Shown here in pieces: positions 13,844 to 23,899 of a stretch of 60,000 nucleotides of DNA (the first letter of the stretch is position 1; every line of letters begins with the position of its first letter). The position numbers and the translations under genes are program-made. The notes under the pieces are model-generated. The model was given only the letters and a program-made list of their open reading frames with translations, ran no database searches and was not told the origin of the DNA. This DNA comes from Lama guanicoe (Eukaryota). The DNA is taken from the NCBI GenBank assembly GCA_013239625.1, contig MU053504.1, positions 1,614,001-1,674,000 on the forward strand. Reading direction: 5' to 3'.

Positions 13844-14373
13844 GAGGCGATGAGGCCCCGTGGACAGGAGAACTGCCTTTAATATTTTGTAACATTCTGT
13901 TTTGTTAATATACCCCAAATTGTGTATATATCTTATAACTGTTTTAGAAATTGGTACATAGGCTTCTATTACCTACTAGGTGGAGATTTTATATGTAAAT
14001 GTGTTAGCACTGATAGTCCTTTTTCCAATGTTTTATTGGGGAATTAAATAGTGTGATGTTTCGATTGATATCGTGAAATCCTCTGCCTGGAAATTGGGCT
14101 CTGTTGTTCTTGGGTTTATGCATCTTCTCCTAAAGGAACACAAACCCACTCCAGGTAGCTCAGCATCAACTAAGAAGAAAAGCACAAAGTTATCAGAGCT
14201 CTTAAGGAAATTGTTTGTCCTGGTGCCCCCAGTTCAGGCTGCTGTCCCCTCCCTGCTCTGTAAATAACCTCTCCCCCCTCCACCCCTGCCCACTCTCACA
14301 CCAGCCACATCCCACCATGGGGACTGAAGAGACCAGAGCGGTATCTCTGGCACCACACTAGGGATTATCAGGT

Positions 14374-14379
14374 AATAAA
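14374..14379 (+). terminator. Probable PTPRA polyadenylation signal (AATAAA); a proximal ATTAAA at 14043-14048 is an alternative
   Basis: Hexamers within ~200-540 bp after the stop codon in an AT-rich 3' UTR. Confidence 0.6.
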
Positions 14380-17300
14380 AGCTTTGACTCCCTGAGGAAA
14401 CGTCTCTCCCTTTGTCTGGGGTAGGGCAGTCATAGCAGCACTGGGGTCCTTCCAGGCCACTCCTGGCCGTGCCCTTACTGTTCTGTCTCACCTGGCCGCA
14501 GAGGAGCCATGGTCTTCCTGACTCTTTCCAACAAGCACAGCCCTTCTAGCTCTAAGGCAGTTGCCATGACCCTCCTTTCACTCCCAGCATACCTTTGGCG
14601 CAGTGGTCCTAGCCAGCCTCGCACCCTGGCGAAGATGGCCAGGGTCTTCACTGCTTCTCTGTGTGGAGGGGCACAGAGGAAAAGAGGGGTGGCTCAGCTT
14701 TGGGCTGAGGTCAGCTTGACCTCTCCAGTCCTTGATGATTTGCTGCAAAACTACCTGGATCGTGTCGTTCTGTTCAGAGTAAGTGTTTATCTGCACTTAC
14801 TGTGTTAAACAGCTTCCATTTCCTTTCCTATCTGTCCTCGTGTCCAGGACTTCTATTTGGTGGTGCCTCACGTGCAGAGACCAGCAGGGTGGGCATCTTA
14901 CATCCCGACTTGATTTTGAGCCTAACACATTAGACAGTGTCTTAAATAAGGTGGATGTTCGTTTATTTCTCAGGCAACAGTCTGCCCAGTCTAGAGACCT
15001 AGTATCCTCCATCTGGTGGTCCCGGTGTCCCTCGGAATTGTTGTTCTCATCCTCATGGTTGAGGTCACTGTCTTTAGAGCAAAGGGCAAGATCATTTTCA
15101 AGAACATGAAGCAAAAGTTGCACTTTTCATTTCTACTCATATCCCATTGGCTAAAACCTAGTCATAAGACCACACTGAGCTACAAAGGGTGCTAGGAAGT
15201 GTGGTCTTTAGTTGAGGCACAGCTGGGAGGGTGGGTCTGTCCACAGCCCCTGTCCTCATGGTCAGCTCATCTTGGAACCAGGAGAGGAAACTGGCTGCCA
15301 CGGCTGTCAGTGCAGGGCTGAGAGAGCCTTGCGGCCCTTGGGGCCTTTCTTGAGGAGCAGCAGCCAGCCCTGGGCACGTCGGGGGCTGTCGGGAGTGAGA
15401 GATGGCACCCCAGCCTGGTCCATGGAGGCATGCTCAGAGATCAGTGCTGCCGTGCTTCTTGGCGGAGATGGAACTTGAGCTGAACCCAAGGGATGCTGGA
15501 AATTCAGATGAGTGAAAAGGAGGAAAGATCAGTGGAGCAGCACTGCAGAGGGCCTCAGGGTCCAGCCAGACGAAGGCACAGTGGCTCCAAGATGGGAGCC
15601 GGGTTCTACAGCAAGTTCTATTCAAGATATCAGCAGGAAGCAGGGCACCGCGACAGACCACCTCTGGAAGCTTGCGAGAAGTGAGTAGTGTCAGTCTGTA
15701 GAGGCACTCGGTTCTCCTGAGGAACTCCAAGGGCAATAAACTCAAAATTGAGTAGTTTTCAAAGAAGCAGGGATAAATTAAGCAGAGACAAAAATCTAAG
15801 GAATTTCCAGTAAGGATGCCATGTTTGGGAAGAAAACTTTTCTCCTTGCAAGCTGCCCATTGGTGCCTCTGTGTGACCAAGTCCAAGCAGAGGAAGGAGG
15901 GCAAGCCTTGGGTCAGCAAGCCACATACTGGTGACACATTCTTACACCCTGCACCGCCTCCCACCTCCCAGCAGGCCAGGGCCTGTGTTGAGCAGCTGCG
16001 CACCAGTGTGGCCTGGCAGCTTTCTGCTGGGGTCCATGCTGAGTAGGTTGTGGGTGGGCCATTATTTTAAATATCACCTGGTTGCTAAACAGATATCTTC
16101 AAGCAGGAGTTAGCTCAGCTCTGCTCCCCATCTCTCCCTCGGCTTACAGGGTATATCACTCATCCCTCCCTCTTCACCTCTTTCTCTTCCTGTATTATTC
16201 AGGGCTTGCATGATTGCGAGACATTAACCTAACAGGGACTAGTCTAGGCTCAAAAGGAAGTGTACTGAGGCTCACGCGGCACAATTGTGTAGAAAGGGCA
16301 GGGGTGACCACTTCACCCAGTGCTCACCTCTCAGCCAGTCAGCTGGGACCTGTGGGGTTAGAGCAGGGGTGAGATTTCTCAGAAGGGGGAAGAGCAGCAT
16401 CCAGCACAGTGGGCACTCAAAGCTTGGGGGCCTGCCACACTCTCAGAGACCTTAATTCATCCAGGCGGCTTCATCCCCGGGCTTCCTTCAGTCTGTACTC
16501 CCACCCACCCAAGAAGCCTGTCTTTTCATTTGGGGGAAAAAAAAAAGCACTTTCCTCAGGCCTAGGGTCTTCCATTCCCACACGTTCTTTTCTTACCCCT
16601 TCATCCTAAGCACTGAGCCCCGGGGATCCACCGTCTCTGTGTCCATTAGCTCCCACTCGGTGTAGCGACTGCCTACTGACTACGATCCTTACTCTGCGGC
16701 TGCTCCTCCATGGTCCCTCCTCCACTGTCCCCTTCCTCAGGGGTGGGGCATTCCTGCGGTCAGTCTGTTGTGGATCCTCAGCCCTCCTCCAACCCTGAGC
16801 TCGCACTTTGAGCTCCAGGTCCACACATCCTGCTTCCTTCAGTGACCATGGGGTAGCCCAGAGGCACCAGTCTCAGGCTCCCCACGCCCAGGGGTTCACC
16901 CAGTCCCCAAAGCCCACTGCCCTTTCAAGCAACCTCCAGCATTCTCTGTGCCTTCTCCCACCGCACTCCAGGCCCACAGATCCCCCAGCATTTCCGATGT
17001 TGACTTTTCCCCATTTCGCTCCTTACCCCGGAGCACCCACTGCTGCCCTCCTGCCACAGCTCTCGCTAACTCTTCATCCTTCACCCAGACCACATGCTCA
17101 GCGGTGTGTGCCCCTCTGTGCTCCGACAGCACCTAAGCATTCAGCTCAAAGCCTCTGCTTTCCCACCTGACTACGCAGTCCCCAGACTAGCATGATGTCA
17201 GCTCAGGGTTGAGCATGAGTTAGAGCTCAGTCGTGAACAAATGGCTTTCTGTGTTCCGCTGAGAAGGACACAAGGATGAATTCCAGAGTTTATAGTCCGA

Positions 17301-18617
17301 AAAGGAACAGCAAGTATTCCTGAAAGACTATATTGACAGAAAGAAAAGGACTGGAGCTTTTCCCTGGGAAGCTTAGTTCTTGTTTTGACTTTTCAGGAAA
17401 AACCACAATCAAATTACAGAAAAAAATAAAGGCACCCTATTCCTCTTGTAAAATAAACACCAGGGCCTTTGAATAAAACATTCTGTAAGTCCAAACCAGA
17501 GCTAAGCTAGTGTCTTGTACTTAGAGTCATTTTCACTAAACCACAAAGCAAATGTCCTAAAATTTACTTAGTTAACTATTCCAAAAGGGATAAAGTCAGT
17601 TGCTGAAACAATTTCACTGATCATACAATCCGAAGATTTCTTTCAGGAAAGTCAATCTGAAAATTCACATGTGTGCTCCTGCCTGGGCAGCTGAAGTCTA
17701 GGTGCCCCAGACTGGAGCACATTATGTCATCTCCCCTCAGTCTTTGCCACAGGATTTGACACACCTGCTCTCCCAGTGACTGGCCACCACGATGCCCAGC
17801 CTGACGCTGGCCCTTCCATTTGCTGTTTAAATTGCTGTCCAAAGGCGGAGATTGGCTATTAACCCTGTAAACTGGCCTCTGCCCCCAAGGGACTAACGGC
17901 TGGCGTCAGAAAGCTGAGCTGACGCAGGCTGAGGCAGGAACCTGTTTCTCACATTCCCGGGCAGATCTGCCCAAATCCATGACTGGTTCTGGGTTGAGCA
18001 CAGGATGGGAAGAGGTTGGACCCTTGGGAGGCAAAATTATTCCTACCTGCTACTGACAGAATCACAGAGGCTGCCCTGCCCCCTTAACTGGGCCCCCTGT
18101 CACGGGCCTGCTTGGAGAAGAGAGAGGCCACCCAAACCTTCCACCTGGAGTGACCCAGCCCTGGTGCCCAGGTGTGTGGATGAGGACGGTTCACTTAATC
18201 CATTTCACAGGTGGGCAAACACGCCCTTGGGAAGGGTGGTCATAGCTCTTCTCAGACCTCTTAACAGGCCGCTGGCCTCCCCACTCTTAGGCCCCAACTT
18301 TTCTACTGGGGAGAGCCCTGAGCTGGGTGGGACTCAGGGAGATTCCAGGCATTGCCTCTCTAAGGACCACAACTTGGGGAGTCACAGAGGGCCGTGAGGG
18401 CTTTCTAGACCTAAGGGCAGGAGTTTGAGAGTGCAGCCAAGAAAGTGGGAAGATGAGACTTGAGGGGCAGGGGCCAGGCTGATGGCAGGAGACCTGTGAC
18501 TTCAGATCCCTGGGGAGATGCGATGAGGGAGCATATGTCTGGTGACCCCAGGGCTAGCAGCTGAACATACACTGGGAAGGGAAGGGTTGGGCGGCGAGCT
18601 TCTCCCCCTCCCGTTTG

Positions 18618-18675
18618 AGACGTCACTTGAGTCTGTGGGCCCAGAGCCGGGGGTGGAACTAGCTGATCAATAAAT
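18618..18675 (+). promoter_or_regulatory. GNRH2 proximal promoter: atypical CRE AGACGTCA (18618-18625) and TATA-like AATAAAT (18669-18675)
   Basis: Motifs seen directly upstream of the non-coding first exon; the same atypical CRE is known in the human GNRH2 promoter. Confidence 0.65.
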
Positions 18676-18694
18676 CCCCGGGGCTGCCGGCAGG

Positions 18695-18753
18695 GTTCCG
18701 CTGCTGCCCGGAGGAGCCACCTAAGGAGCCACTTGATCCACAGCTCTCCCTCG
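18695..18753 (+). other. GNRH2: GNRH2 non-coding exon 1 (5' end approximate)
   Basis: Resembles the human GNRH2 5' UTR (..gatccacagctct..) and ends at a strong donor TCG|gtgagt. Confidence 0.65.
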
Positions 18754-19446
18754 GTGAGTGAAGAGGCTGCCCTCCCCAAGGGCTGGAGCTTCATTCTGCG
18801 CGCATGGCACGCTGCACCTTCCCCTCCTCAAGTCCCTCTACTCCTGATCTGTGCCCAGAAGACCCCCTTTCCCTCATCTCCCCAGCAGCTGTTTCTGTGC
18901 CTGCTGCCCCTTCTGCTGTGTGGGAGGGACAAAGGGTAGAAGCACTTGCCCCTGTAACCACCACACATCCATTCCACATGCCCAGCTGCCATGGAAGAGA
19001 GATAGCTACCCCCAGAGAAAGGGGCCAGAGCACCTACCAGTCAGGTCCCCCAGCACCAGGTGCCCTAAGCGCCCCCAGGTTGCTGCCTGTCTCTTGGAGA
19101 ACACCCCTGACCAAAGTCTCCCTTCCCCTCTCCAACCTTCTCTTGCTTCTGGATTCCCTGAAGGAAGAACAGGTAGGCCTGGCCTAGTTGAGGGGGCCAT
19201 CAGCTGGCAAAGCCTCTGTGCCCCAGAGGCTACGGGAGAAGGCTAGTTGCCAGGAGCCCTCAGGGTCCGGACCCCTGTAGTCCTGAGGGGAGGAGCAATA
19301 GCAGAAGACAGAAGGACATTAGGAGACACTAAGCTGCCCCTGAAATGCCAGCTGTTCAAGGGGACCCTGGAGGAAGAGGAAGGGGGTATGTATGAGAGTG
19401 TCAGACTCCTTGAGCACTGTCCACTGTCCATTGGAGCAGCCCTGCC

Positions 19447-19603
19447 ATGGCCAGCTTTGGGCCAGGCCTCCTGTTGCTGCTGCTGCTGCTGATCACCCAC
19501 CCTGGACCCTTGAAGGCTCAGCACTGGTCCCATGGCTGGTATCCTGGAGGAAAGCGAGCCTCCAGCTCACCCCAGGACCCCCAGCATGCTCCCAGGCCCC
19601 CAG
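19447..19603 (+). CDS. GNRH2: Progonadoliberin-2 coding exon 1: signal peptide, GnRH-II decapeptide (19519-19548), GKR site, start of GAP2
   Basis: [52 protein letters not shown]; good Kozak gccATGG; donor CAG|gtgtgt, phase 1. Confidence 0.95.
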
Positions 19604-19725
19604 GTGTGTTGAAGACTCTCCCCAGCCTAACTAAGAAGCAGGTTGTGCTGGTGGAGCTCCTTTTCCTACCTTGAGCCTTGGATGGGGGTGGGAAGGGTGG
19701 GCTGCAGCCTCGGTTTCCTTCTAAG

Positions 19726-19856
19726 GAAAGGTTCTGGGCACTGCAGCAGGCAGCCCAGGCCAAAATGCCCATGGCCTCCCAAGTGTCCCCTGGGAGGGCA
19801 AGACCATGGCCCGGTGGCTCCTCCGCAGGAAGCAGCTCCTGGTGCAGACACTGCTG
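19726..19856 (+). CDS. GNRH2: GNRH2 coding exon 2 (GAP2)
   Basis: ctaag|GA AAG..CTG|gtaagt; 131 bp; (G)KVLGTAAGSPGQNAHGLPSVPWEGKTMARWLLRRKQLLVQTLL; open and in phase. Confidence 0.85.
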
Positions 19857-20667
19857 GTAAGTAGGGTGAAAGGCCCTCAGCATTGGCCGCCAGAGGCCAT
19901 CCTGAGAACTGGGGGCTGGGGGTTGGGGAAAAGGAGACGCCACCTGCCACAGCACCCCCTGGCGCAGCTGTTGGTTCCATCTGCTATCCAGTATCCCAGA
20001 ATTCTAGACAATTTATAATAAGATACTATGTTAAAGTAAAAGAAGTCACTAGTGGAGTAGGAGGAGATAATTGTACTAAAGACCTCCATAAATAAGGCAG
20101 AGGCAGCAATGAGATCGCCCAGGCTCCTTGACAGTCAAGGGAAGCCAATGGGTCTCAGGGTGGGCAGGCCTGCTGCCAGTATAAAGAGGTGAGGGGTGCG
20201 ACCCCACACTTTGCAATAGGGACCTGAGAACCAGACGGTCACTGATACATGCACTGGGAATGACTCAGAGATTGCAGAACTGCCCAAGGCCAATAGCAGA
20301 AGGCAAGTGTAGGGAAATGGTTTATTACAATTTTGAAAATTGTATTTTAAAGTGCACCAGGAGAGGAATGTAACTAAAGGAGAAAGGCCAAATCCCTATT
20401 AAGGCAAAACCTTATCGCCTAATTTAAGTCGGTGTGAGCTCAAGTTTTTATACATCAGGTTTATTTAGGGTGGGCAACGCCCGTGTGCCGGGGGGAACTG
20501 GAGAATATGCATGCTGAGTCCTCTAGGAGGCCAGGGCGCGTCCACAGGACTAGGCTCTGCGAGGCCAAGTCTTGAGGGGAGGAGAGGGGGAGGGAGCGGG
20601 CAAGGACGCAGCTCGGCAGTCAGGTGACCAGAGCGTCCGGTGGAATGACCGCCGCCTCCTTTCGCAG

Positions 20668-20706
20668 ACCGGACCCCAAGCACCACGCCCCGCTACCTTC
20701 CAATAA
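20668..20706 (+). CDS. GNRH2: GNRH2 last coding exon
   Basis: ttcgcag|ACC..CAA TAA; TGPQAPRPATFQ*; stop overlaps AATAAA (20702-20707); total precursor 108 aa. Confidence 0.8.
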   Translation, partial: TGPQAPRPATFQ

Positions 20707-20866
20707 AGGTGTGAGGTCCCCGAAGGTGTCCTCTCCTTTATCCCTGCTCTCTCCCACCCCCAGTAAGATCCTTCCTCGCATGGGGGCTGGAGGGAAGCGG
20801 GCCCCACGGGGAGGACGCGTCCAGGTCCCGGGGGACGGGGCGGTCGAAGTCAGTGGGCTGGGCTGC

Positions 20867-20932
20867 AGGGGGCGGGGGCGGGGGCGGAGCCCGCGGACTA
20901 CGCGTCCCGTGGTGCCCAGCGGCCACTTCCGG
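20867..20932 (+). promoter_or_regulatory. MRPS26 CpG-island promoter: tandem GC boxes, ZNF143/THAP11-like ACTAC motif (20897-20915), ETS/GABP site CACTTCCGG (20924-20932)
   Basis: Motifs seen 50-110 bp upstream of the MRPS26 ATG within a CpG-rich island (~20550-21750); typical of housekeeping mitochondrial genes. Confidence 0.6.
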
Positions 20933-20978
20933 GCCCCCGTGACGCCCTGCGGCGCGCCGGAGGCGGGGCGGTCTCGCC

Positions 20979-21190
20979 ATGCTGCGCGCGCTGAGCCGCC
21001 TGGGCTTGCGGCCCGCGGGCCGGCCCCCTGCCCCGCTTCTGCTGCCTGCGCGGGGCCGCAAGACTCGCCACGACCCACCAGCCAAATCCAAGATCGGGCG
21101 CGTGGCGACCCCATCTGCGGTGGATCCTGCGGAGCTCTTCGTGGTGACGGAGCGTTACCGGCATTACCGCCAGACAATGCACGCCCTCAG
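20979..21190 (+). CDS. MRPS26: Mitochondrial small ribosomal subunit protein mS26, exon 1
   Basis: [42 protein letters not shown]..; Arg/Leu-rich targeting peptide; donor CAG|gtgtgt; 212 bp. Confidence 0.95.
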
Positions 21191-21293
21191 GTGTGTGTGT
21201 GACCGAGGGGGAGGCGGCGGTCGGCGCCGTTCGGCGTGTGCGTTGGGGCGGGCGGGTAAAGAGAGTGCTGACCGTGGGCGCGTCTCGGCTCAG

Positions 21294-21440
21294 GATGGAG
21301 TTCGTGTTCGAGGTGCGTAAGAAGGTGTATGAGGCCCGGTCCGGGGTCCTGGTAGAGCGCAAGGCGCAGGAGGAAGCCGCGAAGCACCGCGAGCTGATGG
21401 CCTGGAACGAGGAGGAGAACCGGCGGCTGCACGAGCTGCG
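21294..21440 (+). CDS. MRPS26: MRPS26 exon 2
   Basis: ctcag|G ATG..CTG CG|gtgagt; 147 bp; [48 protein letters not shown]. Confidence 0.95.
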
Positions 21441-21535
21441 GTGAGTCGGGCGGGACGCGAGGCGGGGCGGGGCCGCCTGGCGGGCCCGGGAGACCCCCCC
21501 AACCACACCCAGCCCCGGCTTCTCGCCTCTCGCAG

Positions 21536-21659
21536 GTTAGCCCGGCTGCGGCAAGAGGCGCAGGAGCAGGAGCGGCGGCAGGCCGAGGAGGAGGCCCGGC
21601 GGGCCGCGGAGGCGCAGGCCTGGGCGCAGCTCAAGGAGCAGGAAGTGCTGCAGCTGCAG
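21536..21659 (+). CDS. MRPS26: MRPS26 exon 3
   Basis: cgcag|G TTA..CAG|gtgggc; 124 bp; [41 protein letters not shown]. Confidence 0.95.
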
Positions 21660-22370
21660 GTGGGCCGCGTCTCGGGGGGTAGGGGGGCGGTGCTCACTCA
21701 GCCTGTGCGGCTGAGCCCTGCGCGCAGCGAGGTGGGGCCCCGGCTATGTGCGGAGAGGAGAGACCTAGGTCTTCAGAGGGAGTTAAAAGCAAGGATTTGG
21801 GAGAGGAGTGCAAGGAGAGTGCCTGACAGGCACGAAGACCGGGAGATGAAAGTTGGCATTGCAGGGTTCAAGTGGCTAGCCGGTGGGAGGGACCCCCGCG
21901 TTCCACAAGGAGTTTGTGTCTTGCCTTAAGGGTGATAAGGTCACTGAAAGACTAAATGTTCTGGGCTAGGATGGTAGGTGTGAGACTTAAAAGCAGGGAG
22001 ACCAGTTAGAAGTAATCCAGTGAGCGTGAATGAGGCTTGACTTAAAAGTAATAGAGGGAGAAGGACGAGTATGAGAAAAATTAAGAAAGACCTAGGCCAC
22101 ATCGAGGGACTGATTCCACCCAGTAGTAGATTGTCACAGCTGGAGTGCTTGAATTTTGGCCGAAATGTCCAGGGGGTGATTATCCAAGAAAGCTGCCTGT
22201 CACAAAGCTGCCTCATACTCTTCCACTGGGAGGTTAGTGGGACACTCAAGAGAGGACCTGGGCTCCAAACATCTTTCCCACAGGAGAGCTGGAGTCCTCC
22301 CTCAGTGAGCTAAAGGCCAGCTAGTATGTGCTGGAGGCTCCCATTCACCTGGCCTTCTCTCTTCCAATAG

Positions 22371-22505
22371 GAGGAGGCAAAAAACTTCATCACCCGAGAG
22401 AACCTGGAGGCACGGGTGGAAGAAGCGTTGGACTCCCCAAAGAGTTACAACTGGGCCATCACCAGAGAGGGGGTGGTAGTCATGCCACAGCACAAGGGCT
22501 CCTGA
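22371..22505 (+). CDS. MRPS26: MRPS26 exon 4
   Basis: aatag|[53 protein letters not shown]; four exons sum to 618 nt = 205 aa. Confidence 0.95.
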   Translation, partial: EEAKNFITRENLEARVEEALDSPKSYNWAITREGVVVMPQHKGS

Positions 22506-22576
22506 GGGCCCAATAAGGACAGTGCCCACGCAGGGGCCATGTGTGTATGGGGGTAGGAGGGTTGGGCCTGATCTGG

Positions 22577-22582
22577 AATAAA
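22577..22582 (+). terminator. MRPS26 polyadenylation signal (AATAAA)
   Basis: First AATAAA, 72 bp after the stop codon; a second at 22863-22868 lies inside a MER58-like element. Confidence 0.6.
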
Positions 22583-22805
22583 GCAATTGGTATTTATGAA
22601 GAATGAGGCACAGCCTGTTCCAGTGCAGCTCTCACTTTCTGGCCTCTGCACCCACCATGAAGTCAGACTCCCACACACGGTGCCCCGTTCTGCACCCTTG
22701 TACAACTCTAAGCAAAGCACCAGACCTTAGGAGTTTCCATCTCAAAGAGAAGCAGACTGGGCCAGAGACCTCTCTAACAGCCAAGTTACCTCCCAAGTAT
22801 CAAGG

Positions 22806-23011
22806 CAGTGGTTGGCAGATTGCAGTCCTTGGGCCAAATCTGGCCTATTGCCTTTTTTTGTAAATAAAGTGTATTGGAACATAGCCACATTGATTCATTG
22901 ACTGTTTTCACACTACAATGGCAGAGGTGAGAAGTTGCAACAGAGACCCCATGACTTGCAAAGTCTAAAATATTCTTAATGACTTACTACAGAAGAAGCT
23001 TGCTGAACCCT
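22806..23011 (+). mobile_element. MER58A-like hAT DNA transposon relic
   Basis: GGGCCAAATCTGGCC..TTTTTGTAAATAAAGT..TTGGAACATAGCCAC..GTTGCAACAGAGACC. Confidence 0.7.
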
Positions 23012-23899
23012 GATCTAGGCTCCAGCCAGAAGCAGGTATCGCCCAGTAACTGAGACACAAAGTAACCACTGGCCAAAGACCTGCTTCTGCTTGACGCTGG
23101 GCTTTGCTGGCATGCCCAAGACACAAAAGGCAAGAAGACCCCATGTCTTCCAGTGGCGCTCTCCACCCTTGGCCTCGGTAACCTGCACTTGCCCTGGCAA
23201 TGCTGGCTTTTTTGGCTCACACACCAGATACCAGCAGAGGCTTGGTTAATCTTTATAAGGTCAAGCACTTGGACCAAACCCTATGGGTACCAGAAATACT
23301 TGTGGTTAAAGTTTACAAGGTCGCATAAGTGAGCACATAGATCCACAGGCCCTATTCAGACCCAAGCCCTCAAGGAACATCCAGGATGAGGTTGAAGAGA
23401 CATGTTTCTCTCAGCCAGACCTTGTGTCCCTTTGCCACCATTCACTGAAACTTGCCCGGATACCACCAGAAAGCAGAGTCCTAGAGCTGCTTTCCCTAAC
23501 TCCCATGTTGTAGAGAGGTTCTGGGACCCTCAAAAAAATGAAAACTTTAGGGAATATGGGCAATCTCACATTCAGGTGGGGAAGCAGGTAACAAGGTCAA
23601 GCAGAGGGCCAGTGGTTGTTGAGCCTGGGACCCAGCCCCATCATGGCACTGCGCCCCTGAGGGCAGTGCCCTCCCCCAGGCTGATAATTGCTGTACTCTG
23701 CCTTGGCGCAGCTCAGTGGATCTCAGGTGCTCAGCTTAATTTCTGGGTGAGAGCTGAGGGGCACACGTTGTAGACTATGGCTAACAACTATGGTTAGCAA
23801 CTATGCTAACAGCTTTGGGCTGTGTTATGGTGAGGGGTGGGCCATCTAGTCCCCTGCAGTGGAAGCCTTTGGTGAGCTTTCACATGGGACACGGCCTGT

